Assembly (NCBI RefSeq): GCF_009834535.1
Contig: NC_045697.1
Span: forward strand, 19,160,001 to 19,224,000
DNA length: 64,000 bases
From: Camelus ferus
Taxonomy: Eukaryota
Direction of reading: 5' to 3'
Part shown: positions 12,890 through 25,937 of the stretch, one piece after another
Numbering within the stretch: the first letter of the stretch is position 1
How the letters are laid out: each line of letters opens with the position of its first letter
Notes under the pieces: generated by a model
The model's input: only the letters and a program-made list of their open reading frames with translations
Databases searched by the model: none
Told to the model about the DNA's origin: nothing
Made by a program: the position numbers and the translations under genes

Positions 12890-13689
12890 TACTCTGGATT
12901 ATTAGTGATTAACTGTTCTTTCTAATCCTCCCAAGATTGTCTAAATCGTTTATTTAGTTGCCAATATAGTTGGTTAAGAATTTGAATATCAAATATTCTA
13001 ACATAAATTCTATTTACTCCACACATTATTACTATCCACATAAATTATGGAATAAATAGAATTTTATGTTCATATATTTGGTACTTTTTGTAAAGAAATT
13101 ATTCTCTAGACTAAATAGATTTCATAAAATCATTTTTTTACATTTTCTTGATCATTTACAGTATTAGTTTTATCAAACTCCATGTCAACTCTGAGAGTGT
13201 ATAGTGTTTAATAGATGAGTGCCCTGTGCAGTTTCATAATTGTATTCATCAGTTAAATTGGAAATAACTTTTAACATTAAATCTTATGGTACTGTGAGGA
13301 AAGAATATAATTTTAAGTTGTTACACTGATGATGCAGAGTTTTCCTTTGATTTGGTATTACTTGAAGAACTAATCATTACTTAGCATTGTTTTAGATTAA
13401 GAAATATATTAATTCTGAGGGATTCTTTTGGGGGGAAGAGAGGTGGGGCTGGGAGGGCATATATGGTTAGTTTGAAGAGTATTAGTATTATAAAATGGAA
13501 AGACTGGTGTGCACTTTCAGCTTTCAAAGCTGGAATAGTTTTAGATAGTCTCATTTTAGAAGTTATGAATTTATTAAGATTGGTTAATTTTGAGCCTAGA
13601 ATAAGGCTAGATTCTTTATATTTAAAATCTACATAATAAAGTTAATTTTACTATTAATTAATATATCGAGTTGTAAATATTACTACTCT

Positions 13690-15010
13690 GGGGTGTTCTC
13701 TGACACCAACCAATTCTTCAGTTTCTAACACCAACTACATTTCCAAGAATTCAATCCAATTCTGAGACTGTCTTCCTGGAGATAGTATCAGATCCCACAA
13801 GTTAAAGGGCTCAGCCTTATAATACTGCCCTCACTTCAGATGCCAGTCACAAGTTTCCAATTGTGTTTACAAACTTCTGACTGGCTATAAATCTGGGGTT
13901 CCCATGACAACTTCTTTGGATTTGAAAATTTGCTGTATGCATATCTGAAAAAAACAAAAACATTAATTCAAAGATACATGCAGTGTTCGTAGCAACATTA
14001 TTTACAATTGTGAAGATATGGAAGGAACCTAAGTGTCCATCAACAAATGAATAGATAAAGAAAATGTGGCATATACATACAGTGGAATACCACTCAACCA
14101 TAAGAAAGAATGAAATTTTGCCATTTGCAGCAACTGGATGGACTTGGACAGTAGTATGCTAAGTGAAATAAGTCAGACAGAGAAAGACATGTACTTTATG
14201 ATATGATATTATGATATGATACTTTGATATATTATATGTGGAATCTAAAAAATAAAACAAACTTGTGAATATAACAAAAAAGAAGCAGACTCACAGAACA
14301 AACTAGTGGTTACCCATGGGGAGAGGGAAAGAAGAGAGGGGCTGTAAGGTTAGAGGATTAAGAGGTACAAACTATTACATATAAAATAAGCTACAAAAAT
14401 ACTGTGTACAATATGAGGAATATAGACAATATCTTATAACAACTATAAATGGAGTATAACCTTTAAGAATTGTGAATCACTATATTATACTTCTGTAGCT
14501 TATATATTACTGTGCCTCAACTATACTTCAATTTAAAAAAATTTTCTGGAATGGCTCACAGAATTCAGGAAAACACTTTACTTATGTTTACTGGTTTATT
14601 AAAAAGGATACAACTCTGAAACAGCTAAATGGAAGAGATATATAGGTCAGGGTGTGGTAGGAGGGGCACATAGCTTCTGTGTCCTCTCTGGGCATGCTCT
14701 CCCAGCATCTCCCACACCTCGATATGTTCACCAATCTGGAAGCTCTCCAGAGAATCTCAAAATTCAAGAGTTTTTATAGAGCTCAGTTTTCCCATAGATC
14801 AAGTGGGTGGGACTGAAATTTCCGGTTCTCTACCGCTTTGTGGTGACCAGCCCCACCTAGAGGCTATCTAGGGGCCCCACCTTAGTCATCTCATAAGCAG
14901 GAACCCAGATGTGATCAAAGGGGCAAAAGACAGTCCATCACCAAGGAAATTCCAAGAGTTTTAAGACCTCTGTGCCAATAAAGACCAAATATATTTCTTA
15001 TTTTATCACA
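13690..15010 (-). mobile_element. MER21-type LTR interrupted by an L1 3' fragment
   Basis: Contains tcagatcccacaagttaaagggctcag…cacttcagatgcc and ends aagaccaaatatatttcttattttatcaca, the reverse complement of the MER21 start. Confidence 0.8.
13936..14537 (+). mobile_element. L1 3' end (ORF2 tail, 3' UTR, A tail) nested in MER21
   Basis: Contains cctaagtgtccatcaacaaatgaatagataaagaaaatgtgg and ccatttgcagcaactggatggac, and ends ctatacttcaatttaaaaaa. TSD aaaattt(g/t)ctg at 13925-13935 and 14538-14548. Confidence 0.9.
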
Positions 15011-15028
15011 ATTACAAAAATACCTTCA

Positions 15029-18000
15029 ATGATGGCCATTCTGACTGGTGTGAGGTGATAACTCATTGTAGTTTTGATTTGCATTTCTCTGATAATTAAC
15101 AATATTGAGCATTTTTTCATGTGCCTATTGGCCATTTGTATGTCTTCTTTGGAGAATTACTATTTTAGGTCTTCTGCCTATTTTTGGATTGGGTTGTTTG
15201 TTTTTTTATTATTAAGTTGTATGAGTTGTTTATGTATCCTGGAAGTTAAGCCCTTGTCAGTCTCATCATTTGCAAATATTTTGTCCCATCCTATAGGTTG
15301 TCTTTTTGTTTTGCTTATGATTTTCTTTGCTGTGCAAAAGCTTGTAAGTTTAATTAGGTCCCATTTGTTTATATTTGGCTTTTATTTCTCTTGCTTGGGT
15401 AGACTGCCCTAGGAGAACATTGTTTAAGATGTATGTCAGAAAATGTTTTGCCTGTTTTCTTCTAGAAGGTTTATAGTGTCTTGTCTTATGTTTAAGTCTT
15501 TAAGCCATTTTGAGTTTCTTTTTGTGTATGGTATGAGGGAGTGTTCTAACTTCATTGATTTACATACAGCTGTCCAGTTTTCCCAACACCGCTTGCTAAA
15601 GACATTGTATTTACTCCATTGCATATTCTTGCTTCTTTTGTTGAAGATTAATTGACCATAAGTCTGTGGGTTTATTTCTGGGCTCTGTGTTCTGTTCCGT
15701 TGATTGATGTGTCTGTTTTTGTATGAATACCATGCTGTTTTGATTACTATAGCTCTGTAGTATTGTCTAAAGTCTGGGAGTGTTATTCCTCTAGCATCAT
15801 TCTTTTTCTTCAGTAATGCTTTGGCAATTCTGGATCTTTTGTGATTCCATATAAATTTTAGTATGATTTCTTCTAGTTCTGTGAAGAACTAGAAAATTTG
15901 CTGGATACATATCTGAAAAAAACCAAAATCTGTAGATTAAATCTGTAGATTGCTTTGGGTAGTATGGCCATTTTAACAATATTAATTCTTCCAATCCAAG
16001 AACATGGGATATCTTTCCATTTCTTTAAGTCATCTTTAATTTCCTTAATCATTATTTTGTAGTTCTCCACATATTAAGTCTTTCACATCCTTGGTCAGAT
16101 TTATTCCTAAGTATTTTATTTTTTTGGCTGCAGTTTTAAAAAGGATTGTTTCTTTGTATCCCTTTTCTGATATTTTATCGCTAATGTAAAGAAATGTAAC
16201 TGTTTTCCCTATGTTAATCTTGTATTCTGCTACCTCATTCTTTTATGAGCTCTAGTAGTTTTTATGTGGAACCTTTTCTACATAAAGTATCGTGTCATCT
16301 GCATATAATGACAGTTTTACCTCTTCTCTTCCCATTTAGATCCCTTTTCTTGTTCAAGTCTAATTGCTGTGGCTAGGACTTCCAATACTGTGTTGTATAG
16401 AAGTGGTGAGAGTGGGCATCCTTGTCTTATTCCAGATTTTTGTGGGAAGGCTTTCAGCCTCTCACTGTTGAGTATTATGCTGGCTGTAGGTTTGTCATAA
16501 ATGGCTCTTATGTTGAGATATATTCCCTGTATACCCATTTAGGTTAAGAGTTTTTTCATAAATGGGTGTAGAATTTTTTCAGATGCTTTTTCTTCATCTG
16601 TTGAGATGATCATGTGAATTTTTTCTTTTCTCTTGTTGATATGATGTATCATGTTGATTGATTTGTGGATGTTGAACTATCCTTATGTCCCTGGGATGAA
16701 CCCAACTTGATCTTAATGTATGCTCTTTTTTATGTGTTGTTGCATTCTCTTCACTATTATTTTGTTGAGGATTTTTTACATCTATGTTCATCAATGATAC
16801 TGGCCTGTAATTTTCTTTTTTCGAAGTGTCTTTGTCTGGTTTTGGTTTCAGGGTGATGGTGGCTTCATAGATTGAATTTGATAGTATTCTCTTCTCTTCA
16901 GTCTTTTGGAAGGATTTGAAAAGGATGAGGGTCTGTGTATATTTGGTAGAATTCTCCAGTGAAGCCGTCTGGTCCTAGACTTCCATTTGCACGGAGGTTT
17001 TTTATTGCAGATTCTGTTTCACTTCTAGTGATCAGTCTGTTCAAATTATCTATTTCTTGATTCAATTTTGGTGGACTGTATGTTTCTAGAACTTGTCCAT
17101 ATCTAGACAAGATAGTTCTAGATTGTCCAGTTTGTTGCCATATAGTTGTTCAGAGTATTCTCTTGTGATTTTTTTGTATTTCTGTGGTGTTGGTTGTAAT
17201 TTCTCCATTTTCATTTCTGTTTTGTTTATTTGTGTTCATTCTCTCTTTTCTTCTCAGCGAGCCTGGCCAGAGGTTTGTCAATTTTGTTTACTCTTACAAG
17301 GAACCAACTCTTGGCTTGATTGATTTTTTTCTGTTTTTTAAAAATCTCTATTTTATTTATTTTCTCCCTGTTTTTTATTATTTCTTTCCTTCTGCTGACT
17401 TTAGGTTTTGTTTGTTATTCTTTTTCTGATTCTTTTAGATAGTAAATTAAGTTGTTTGTTTGCAATTGTTCTTGTTTTTTGAAGAAGGCTTATATCTATG
17501 AACTTCTCTCTTAAGACTGCTTTTGTTGCATCCCATAAATTTTATGTGGTTGTGTTTAATGCTGGAAAGGGTGTGGAGAGAAGGGAACCCTCTTACACTG
17601 TTGGTGGGAATGTAGTTTGGTGTAGCCATTATGGAAAACAGTGTGGAGATTTCCTCACAAAACTAAAAATAGACTAATCTTATGGTCTAGCAATCCCACT
17701 CCTGGGCATATATCCAGAGGGAACTCTAACTTGAAAAGACACATTCACCCTAGTGTTCATAGCAGCACATATACAATAGCCAAGACATGGAAACAGCCCA
17801 AATGTCCATTGACAGATGACTAGATAAAGAAGCTGTGGTATATTTATACAGTGGAATACTACTCAGTCATTAAAAAGAACAAAATAATGCCATTTGCAGC
17901 AACATGGATGGACCTGGAGACCATCATTCTAAGTGAAGTAAACCAGAAAGAGAAAGAAAAATACCATATGATACCACTCATATGTAAAATCTGAAAAAAA

Positions 18001-18625
18001 AAAAAAAAAAAAAAAGAGGACACTAGTGAACTCATCTACAAAACAGAAATAGACTCACAGACATAGTAAACAGTCTTATGGTTACCAGGGGAAAGGGAGT
18101 GGGAAGGGATAAATTTGGAAGTTTGAGACTTGCAAATGATAACTACTATATATAAAAATAGATAAAAAACAAATTTCTTCTGTATAGCACAGGGAACTAT
18201 ATTCTATATCTTGAAATAACTTTTAAAATGAAAAATAATATGAAAACGAATATATGTACATATATGCATGACTGGGACATTGTACTGTGCACCAGAAATA
18301 GACACACTGTAACTGACTATACTTCAATCAAAAAAACCAAAAAAAACGAACTTATGGTTACCAGGGGAGAAAGGGGATGGCAAGGGATAAATTGGGAGTT
18401 CAAGATTTGCAGATACTAACTAGTATATATGAAATAAATAAACAGTAAGTTTCTTCTGTATAGCACAGGGAACTATATTCAATATCTTGTAGTAACCTGT
18501 AATGAAAAAGAATATGAAAAAGAATATACATATGTATATGTATGATTCAAACATTATGCTGTACACTAGAAATTGACACAGCGTTGTAAACTGACTATAC
18601 TATAATAAAAAAGTGACACCAATTT
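15029..18625 (+). mobile_element. 5'-inverted (twin-primed) LINE-1: inverted ORF2 segment 15029-17557 (-) and sense segment 17558-18625 (+) with two tandem 3' UTRs
   Basis: Minus-strand ORF2 remnants ([31 protein letters not shown]) abut a plus-strand segment that resumes ORF2 about 20 nt after the inverted part's 3' end. TSD aaaaa(g)taccttca at 15016-15028 and 18626-18640. Confidence 0.92.
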
Positions 18626-19127
18626 AAAAAAGTACCTTCATGGAAAAGATCTGTTCAAATTGTGTATAATATATAGACAGAGAGGTATTAAGTAAGCTTA
18701 TGCAGATATTTGACAGCCTATTTGAATGCATTTCATTGCATAATAGTTCCTAGAATTACAAGTTATTTTAATCTTTTTACCCTATCATCAAATGTTAAAT
18801 GCGCAAATGTGTGAAGTGTTACCATTATCACTGTGCCAAACAAAGCAAGCATGCATGGCTGGATAATTTATACTTCAGTGCAGTTCTTATTGAGTCTTTT
18901 AAATTTCAGGGGAATTCCAAATATTTTGTAATAAAAGTTAGAATAGAAACTTTATGTTAAAAGGTAAAACTTATGTTAAAAGAAGTTGGAATTCTGTCAG
19001 TGTGATAGGTGAACTTGAATGTTTAAAAACAGAAGATAGTATATTTCTCTCTGTAGTTCTGGCATTAGTATTTAAAGCAAGTATAGTATGCTTCTCTATC
19101 TTATTAATACCTGGAAGAATCTATAAG

Positions 19128-19415
19128 TCCGTTATCCAGTATAGTAACTAGTAGCTACATTTGTCTATTGAGCACTTAGAATTGGGGTGTGTTATATGTG
19201 TAAAATTACTTCAAATTTTGAAGATTTATATAAATGTAAAATATCTGAACTTTAAAATTTTGACTATATGTTGGAAATAATAATATCATGGACATACTGG
19301 GTTACATGGAATATAATATAAAATTAATTTCACTTGTTTCTCTTTACTTTTTAATGTGACTTCTAGAAAATTTCAAATCACATGTAGATCGCAGTTCATT
19401 TCTATTGGACAGGAC
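19128..19415 (-). mobile_element. MER33-like hAT-Charlie MITE
   Basis: Contains aaaattaatttcacttgtttctctttactttttaatgtgacttctagaaaattt…tttctattggacag, matching the MER33 reverse complement as I recall it. Confidence 0.75.
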
Positions 19416-20949
19416 TAATCTTAGAGACTATGGTATATTATAGGCTTTAAAAATAGGTTATTAATTCTGCAGCTCTTGGACTAGTTTGATGCCTTCAGTT
19501 CATTATAGCTACATCTTGATTTGCATTTCTTGTTAAAGTGTCTCTTATAAATACGTAAATAATAGTACTGTTACGAGTCTCTAGTAGCCATCATTAGGAA
19601 ACTTCACGAGTTTAATAGGAAACCTTCATTAAAAATTTAAAATACTTAATTTCTTGTAATTTTTAATTGAGATACTGCTTTTTTAATTTAGAAAAATATT
19701 TAGCATTTTGAAAATGCTGGTTTAAAACTTACTTTTTTTCTCTTTAGTCCTCTGTTTTTGGTCATATGAAAGCATTTATTTTTCTAATTTATTCATTCAT
19801 TTAATATTGAGCTAATATTTGAGGCTCTATTTTATGTAAGATACTCGAATAGATCTTGGAATGTATCAGGAACAAAACAGACAAAGTCTCATATAAATCT
19901 TAAAGCCATTAGGCTAACATTCTGTTGGGGCTTGTGGGAAGGCAGACTAAACAAAAAACTAAGCAGAGAAGGGGGATCAGGACAGGCAGATAAGGGATGG
20001 TTGTAATTTTAAATAGGATGGTCATGGCAGGCCTCATCAAGAAGGTAACACTTAAAGTGTATACTGTATGTAGCACTTAGACAAGAGAAAAAATATTTGA
20101 CAATTTTCCAATGCTAGTCTAAAATTGAAATTGGAGGACTAGAGGTGTTTTAGATTAGGAACAGGATGTAAAGGTTTTGCATTCTAGGTCATTGTCTTCT
20201 GGTCCAAGATCAAAAAGATTAGTTGTCAATATATGCTGAATTTGTGACCTGTTTAGATTAACTGTAATGACTCAAGTTTTCATGTTCTGTTAGTATTGAA
20301 GATATTTTGGAAAGTATAGATACTGATTAGCGAATAATTTAAATAAGAATATTGAAAGGTTTTGTTGCCCTGAGCACAGCAGTAGGAGGCAGTGAGAATT
20401 GATATTGTTATTGCATACTTTGTGACTGGAAATTTTATTATAGTTTCTGGTGTATATGAACTTTGTTTTCTGGTTTTACTTTTCCCCTTTTTTCTTTTAA
20501 ATTAAACATTTTTTTCTTCCCCTTTTCTACTTTTTCTTGCCTTTTATCCATTCTTCCCTTTTATTGATGTCATTTGGAATAGTTTTAATGTTTTTATTCT
20601 TAGCAATTGGTTTGATACATGTAACTGACTTTAAGACCAACTTATGTGAAAAATCTGGTTGTACCGTGTTTTCAGCTTTTCTTGTATTAGCTATTCTGCC
20701 TGAAAAACACCTTTGTCATCATTTGTCTATACACCTCTCAGAGAACTTAGTTTTAACCACACAGATGTATCTGTATCGGAAACAAGAAGAAGCACTGAAG
20801 AAAGTAGGCAAAAGGAGAGTTAGAAAAAAATAGCAGAAAATACATTTGAAAATAGGATCTCTGAGTTTTGAATTATATAGAGTACTGTTTCAAAAGGAAT
20901 AATTATGTGTATTCTTTACTGAAGTTTCCTAAGTTAAAATTTATGCTTA

Positions 20950-21498
20950 TGTTTTAGTTATCTATTGCTGTGTAACAGATTCTTCCAAACATAGTGATCA
21001 TCCCCAAACGTAAGCCACTCATGGTTTTATCGTCTCACAGTTTCCATGGGTTAGAAATCCAGGTGCAGCTTAGCTGGGTCTTCTGGCTCTAGACCTTTTA
21101 CAAGGCTGCAGTCAAGATGTCAGCCTGATTTGGGGAGGATCCACTGCAAGACCTCCTCATATAGCTGTTGGTGCCACAGGTTTTCACTGGTTATTGACTG
21201 GAGATACCAGTTTGCTGCCACGTGGCTCTCTCTATGGAGCAGTGGGCTTCTGTCAGTGAGTGAGAGGGAGCTGAGGGCGAGGGTTGATGGAGGGGGGAGA
21301 AAGACAAAAGCCAACAACGTGGAAATCAAAGTCTTTTTGTAACCTCATCTTGGAAGTGACGTTCCATCACTTTTGTGTCATTCTGTTTGTTAGAAGTGGG
21401 CCACTAGGTGCAGCTGATGCTCTAGGAGAGGCAGTTACACAAGAGCATGAATAAGAGGAGGTGGGGACCATTATGGGCTATTTTAGAGGCTGCTTACT
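20950..21498 (-). mobile_element. MaLR LTR (old MLT1 family)
   Basis: tgttttagttatctattgctgtgtaacag…tctcacagtttccatgggttagaaatccagg…gcttagctggg…caaggctgcagtcaagatgtcagc are MLT1 hallmarks. Confidence 0.78.
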
Positions 21499-23499
21499 GT
21501 GATTTGTTTCTATGCTTTGCTAGCTAGAGATACTTGATGGGAAATTCTCAAGCCGTAGAATTATAAAGTATAAAAACAGTAAAGTTATATAACTTTCTTC
21601 AAAAGGCTTCATTTTGGAAGTGACCCACAATAAGACTTTTCATGTTTATCTTTGTAATAGGATATGTCTAACATTTTAAAGCATGTTAAGTTTGATTAAA
21701 ATGATCTATTGCATAGTGCTTTTACGTGCACAAATGTACCAGTGCAACTTACTTGGCTGAAGGGTCACTTGGCATTCACTTTAAAGAACAAGCAGGGCAG
21801 AGGTAAGGTGAAGAAAGTAGGTGCTAAAGAATCCTTGCTGTTAAATTATAATTACTGAGATATTTTCCTGTATACTGAAAATTTCATAGTTTCATACTTC
21901 AGTTAATAACATGATGCCATAAAAACAGGCTTTAATTCTTTCTGGAAATTAATAGCAATAAGTGTAAAACTAGAATAGCAAAGAATGCAAATAGTTATTC
22001 CATAGAAAAAAGGGTTAGATGGCCAAAACTGAGAATGATGGATTAATTTAGTATTGTTCCTCTGGGACTTCTCAAATTTACATTTTTGGATTTATATACT
22101 AAAATAAAAACACAGTTATTTAGCATTTACTATTCCACACTGTAAGCACTTTACATGCACCATGGTATGGACTCCTTGTAGCAAATTTATGAGCCCCCCA
22201 AAATACCGTAATTATCTTATTTGCAAATAAGGAGCTAGGCTTAGGGAGGTTAGGCAGTGTGCCCAAGGTTGCCACTTTATTAATGATGGAATAGACTTGA
22301 ACCCATGTTCTTGATTTCTAGTCTGTGTTGCTTTTCTATTTTAATGTATATCATTAATCTCCATCATTATGCCCTCCCTGACACAATCTATAAAAATAGC
22401 TGTATATAAGTATTATGTGTACATAAAAATGTTTTTACTCTATATACATGCATGCCATTATACCAGTTGTGTCTTTTTAAAGTGACCACGAAAATATACA
22501 TTAAAAGTGAGATAAAATTCAATGTAAATGGAAATTTCTCCACCTTACTTTTTCCAATTCAGTTGGACTAGATTGTCTGGGCAACCGAATATGGAGACCA
22601 CTGTAGTAATGAATTATAAAGCAAGGTCTGTTTTCATTCACATAGGCTTCACTCCATTTTTATGAGAACTGTGAGACTTTTTCAAAAAAGCAAGTTCCAG
22701 AGACACTGATAATGTTAATATTTATTCTTCCCTACTTTCTGCTGTTCCCTGGATACAGTTCTCTTAACTATGTAGCAGATCAGTTACTGATACTCTTACG
22801 GTGATCACTCTGGTTTTCATGACTGAAATTAGCTATGATACTGTGATTCTTGTAAGAAATGGTATTGTAAGAATGGAGCAAAGGTCACACTCACTTATAC
22901 TAATTTAGAAAAAAAGTCAGGGAATAACTGAGGCAGAAACTTTAGGAACATTTTGATAAGAGAAGAAATGATTAAAATCTACATTTTATTTCTTCCTTTG
23001 AAAAATATCTTTTTCTGTAACTTTGCCTATGATTTTTTATTTTAGCTGCAAATTCCATTGATTTTTAAATTTAATTTTTATTTGGAATGTGTCAAATTAT
23101 TTATCTGTAGAGCTTGCAGAAGTAATGGCTTTTAATAAAGGAGCCTGTGGAAGAAACACCCTTCTCTTATCTAGGAGGAAGTCATCTCTTGGGATGTGTG
23201 CATAGTATTTTGATATACTACAACACATCAAATTCTGTTAAGCACGAATATCTGTCACTTTGCTTACCTCTTCTCTGTTCACTTGTTCTTAACGGCAGCT
23301 TGAGCTATTCAAAATAATACGGAGGCTGTATATGAGTTTTGGAAGCAAGGCAGAGAAAAGGTAGGGGCACTCTTCTACTTTTGCATTTAGCTTACAGAAT
23401 GAGGGAAGAAAGGCAGTGAACCCACAGGACAGAGTGGATCACTGCAGCCAAATCTTTGGGCCTCAAGGGAGAGAAGTTGATGAAAAAGAAGTTGTTCTG

Positions 23500-23660
23500 T
23501 TTGAAAGATTGCTCTGAGGATTAAATTAAAGTATGCTCCTGGGACAAGGAGCAACTTGTTAGAAATGCGAATTCTCAGCCTTACTGAATCAGAAACTTTG
23601 GGGTAGGACCCAGAAGTCTGTGTTTTAGCAAGTCCTTCCATGATTCTGATGCCCAGTTTG
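23500..23660. mobile_element. MER5A-like MITE (degenerate)
   Basis: cttgttagaaatgcgaattctcagcc…tactgaatcagaaactttggggtaggaccca…tctgtgtttta. Confidence 0.65.
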
Positions 23661-25126
23661 AACTTTAATAAATTTACTGTTGTTTTTGCACTGTACTTTT
23701 GTAACAGTTTTTATAATCTTAGGCACTATATTTGGCTACTGTGATGTCTTGCAGAAGACATGATTTCCTGTCCCTGGACTTCGTGGTTTCACTTTGGCCT
23801 AAGTTCCACCTTAAAAATTTCTTAGTATGTTCTACAGGAAGTCATGGACGTGCAATTACTATAAAGCAGGGCTGTGTGTATATTTTTCTGGGGAGAGGAT
23901 TCTTTGCTTTTGTTAAAAGATGGTTCTGTAGACTAGAAAGGTTAAGAACCACTGTATAAATTATTGAGACAGATTTTAAGAAAATTTCATTTTATAGCTA
24001 TATAAATGTAACTAGAATATTTGTTAAGTTCTAAATTTTCTAACCTTCTTCCGCATTTATTTAGTCGTGTACTTGGGCTCTTATGTCTTGCCTTGACAAT
24101 TATAGTACCAAGTTACTGGACCTCCTCCTCTATCTTACTTTTCCAGTTCACTTACCAGCTGCTGCTGTTATCTTTCTCTTTATGATATTTGATAAGAACT
24201 AATTCTCCCAGAGTGTTTTAATTCATGTATCTCCTTCTCTTTGAAAGCAACCACCATAGAAACCAGAAGACCTTATCTTTTCTTACCATCCAGACTGTCT
24301 CACCTCTACCCCTTGAATCTCTGATTTATTATAATGGGTTCTGTCTTCCTGATGCTTCCTTAGTCACAGGACATTTGAAAAACACCATTGGTGCTATACA
24401 GTTCAGTTACAGCTGGACTAAATAGGTATTTGTTGTAGGAACTTAAATACCACAACAGTATCTCTGGAAAGATGGTTTCAAATGGCAAATAAATGCTCTT
24501 AAATCAGCCAGTTTATAAACTGAATGAATGATCTATGGTATGAGATCTGTCTGTAAAGAGCCAAAAACTGCTGAAGTTATTTTATGGCCTTGAAACATTC
24601 AACCCAGGACTTCTTGCCTCTTTCTGGGAGTTACCATAACCCTTGCTACAACTGGTAAATATTTTAGCCCCTTCCTCCAAATTATTTTGCTTCCCTTAGT
24701 CATGGCATCCGATAATTATACTTTCATTTAAAAAATTGTTTCCCATTCCTGTTCCATTAATTTTTAATTCACCTTAACAAGAGTTTCATGTTGAATACTG
24801 TTACAGACTGGAAGGGGGCAGAGGAGCGGGAGGGCACATCACGGCCTGCATCTGTACTCCTTCAGTTCCAGTCTGACCGTACTGCCAGTCCTGCTCCTCT
24901 CCTCCCCCTCCTTTCCTGGACATTTGCAGGATCACAGCATGGCATTGCCTTTATGTAGTTTTTATTTTTTGAGAGTTTAGCACACTTCACATATTGTCTC
25001 ATATTCTAAAAAAATCTGAGTTCAGATGGGTACAGAATCTGTTTATTCCCATTTCACAAATGAATTAAATAAAACTGTACCTTTACTGTAACATTAACTC
25101 TATCTGCCCTATATTATTATTATAGA

Positions 25127-25255
25127 TAGGATGACCATGTAATTCATCATCCAAACTGGAATACTAGTGAAAGAGGGTGCTGTTAGTAACTACACCAGCA
25201 CAACAGGTGTAAATGAGGAGTGTCCCAGGCAAATGGGGCTGTACCTTTACCTTGC
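25127..25255 (+). mobile_element. MER81-like hAT-Blackjack MITE
   Basis: taggatgaccatgtaattcatcatccaaactgg…gtgaaagagggtgctgttagtaac…caacaggtgtaaa…gtcccaggcaaa. Confidence 0.65.
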
Positions 25256-25899
25256 TATGTCTTATCACAGTCTGCTTTCTATTGTACGGCTCACCTTTGT
25301 CTGTGTTTTGCTACTTTGCTAAGTTACTCAGTTGATCTAAGTTTGTGCTAAGGTTTATTCTGTCAGTAAGCTTGGTTGGATCTGTTTCAGTTTAGTTTAT
25401 TGTCTTAAGTCTTTCTATGCAGTATAGTTTGTTTTTTAGTAACATAACTCAGGCATTTTTCTATTCCTTTTTCTTAGAGTTAAGTGATTTTTTTGTCTCT
25501 CTATTCTTTAGAAATAATATAACTTAACAGTATTTTCCATATTAACTTAAAATAATACTCACTGACCCTTTTATTGATTTTTATAATTTTTTTAGTAGTA
25601 AGTTTACTGGCTTTCCCTGATTTTCATATCTGAAGAATTTTGTATAATAGTTTGATTTCCCTGTTGACCTATCTAGTGTTCGGCCTGTTAGAGTTTCTCC
25701 CAGGACTTAGTGCTGCAGTCACTAACCACATGGTCTTCAGAAGATTGTTTTGCTCTAGAAACCTTTTGTGTGGTCTTAAAGTATTGTGCCATATCAGGGA
25801 CATGTAAGGTAAATTGTTCTTATCCTCAGGTAACCCCACCATATGTCGACTACAACATCATGGCTTATAAAGCATTTATATTGTCTCACATTATCTTCA

Positions 25900-25937
<38 letters not shown>

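Noticed and set aside
25902..25937. Long poly(T) as the tail of a retrocopy
   Set aside because: The adjacent sequence looks like a MIR-type relic. I found no TSD or processed-gene body.
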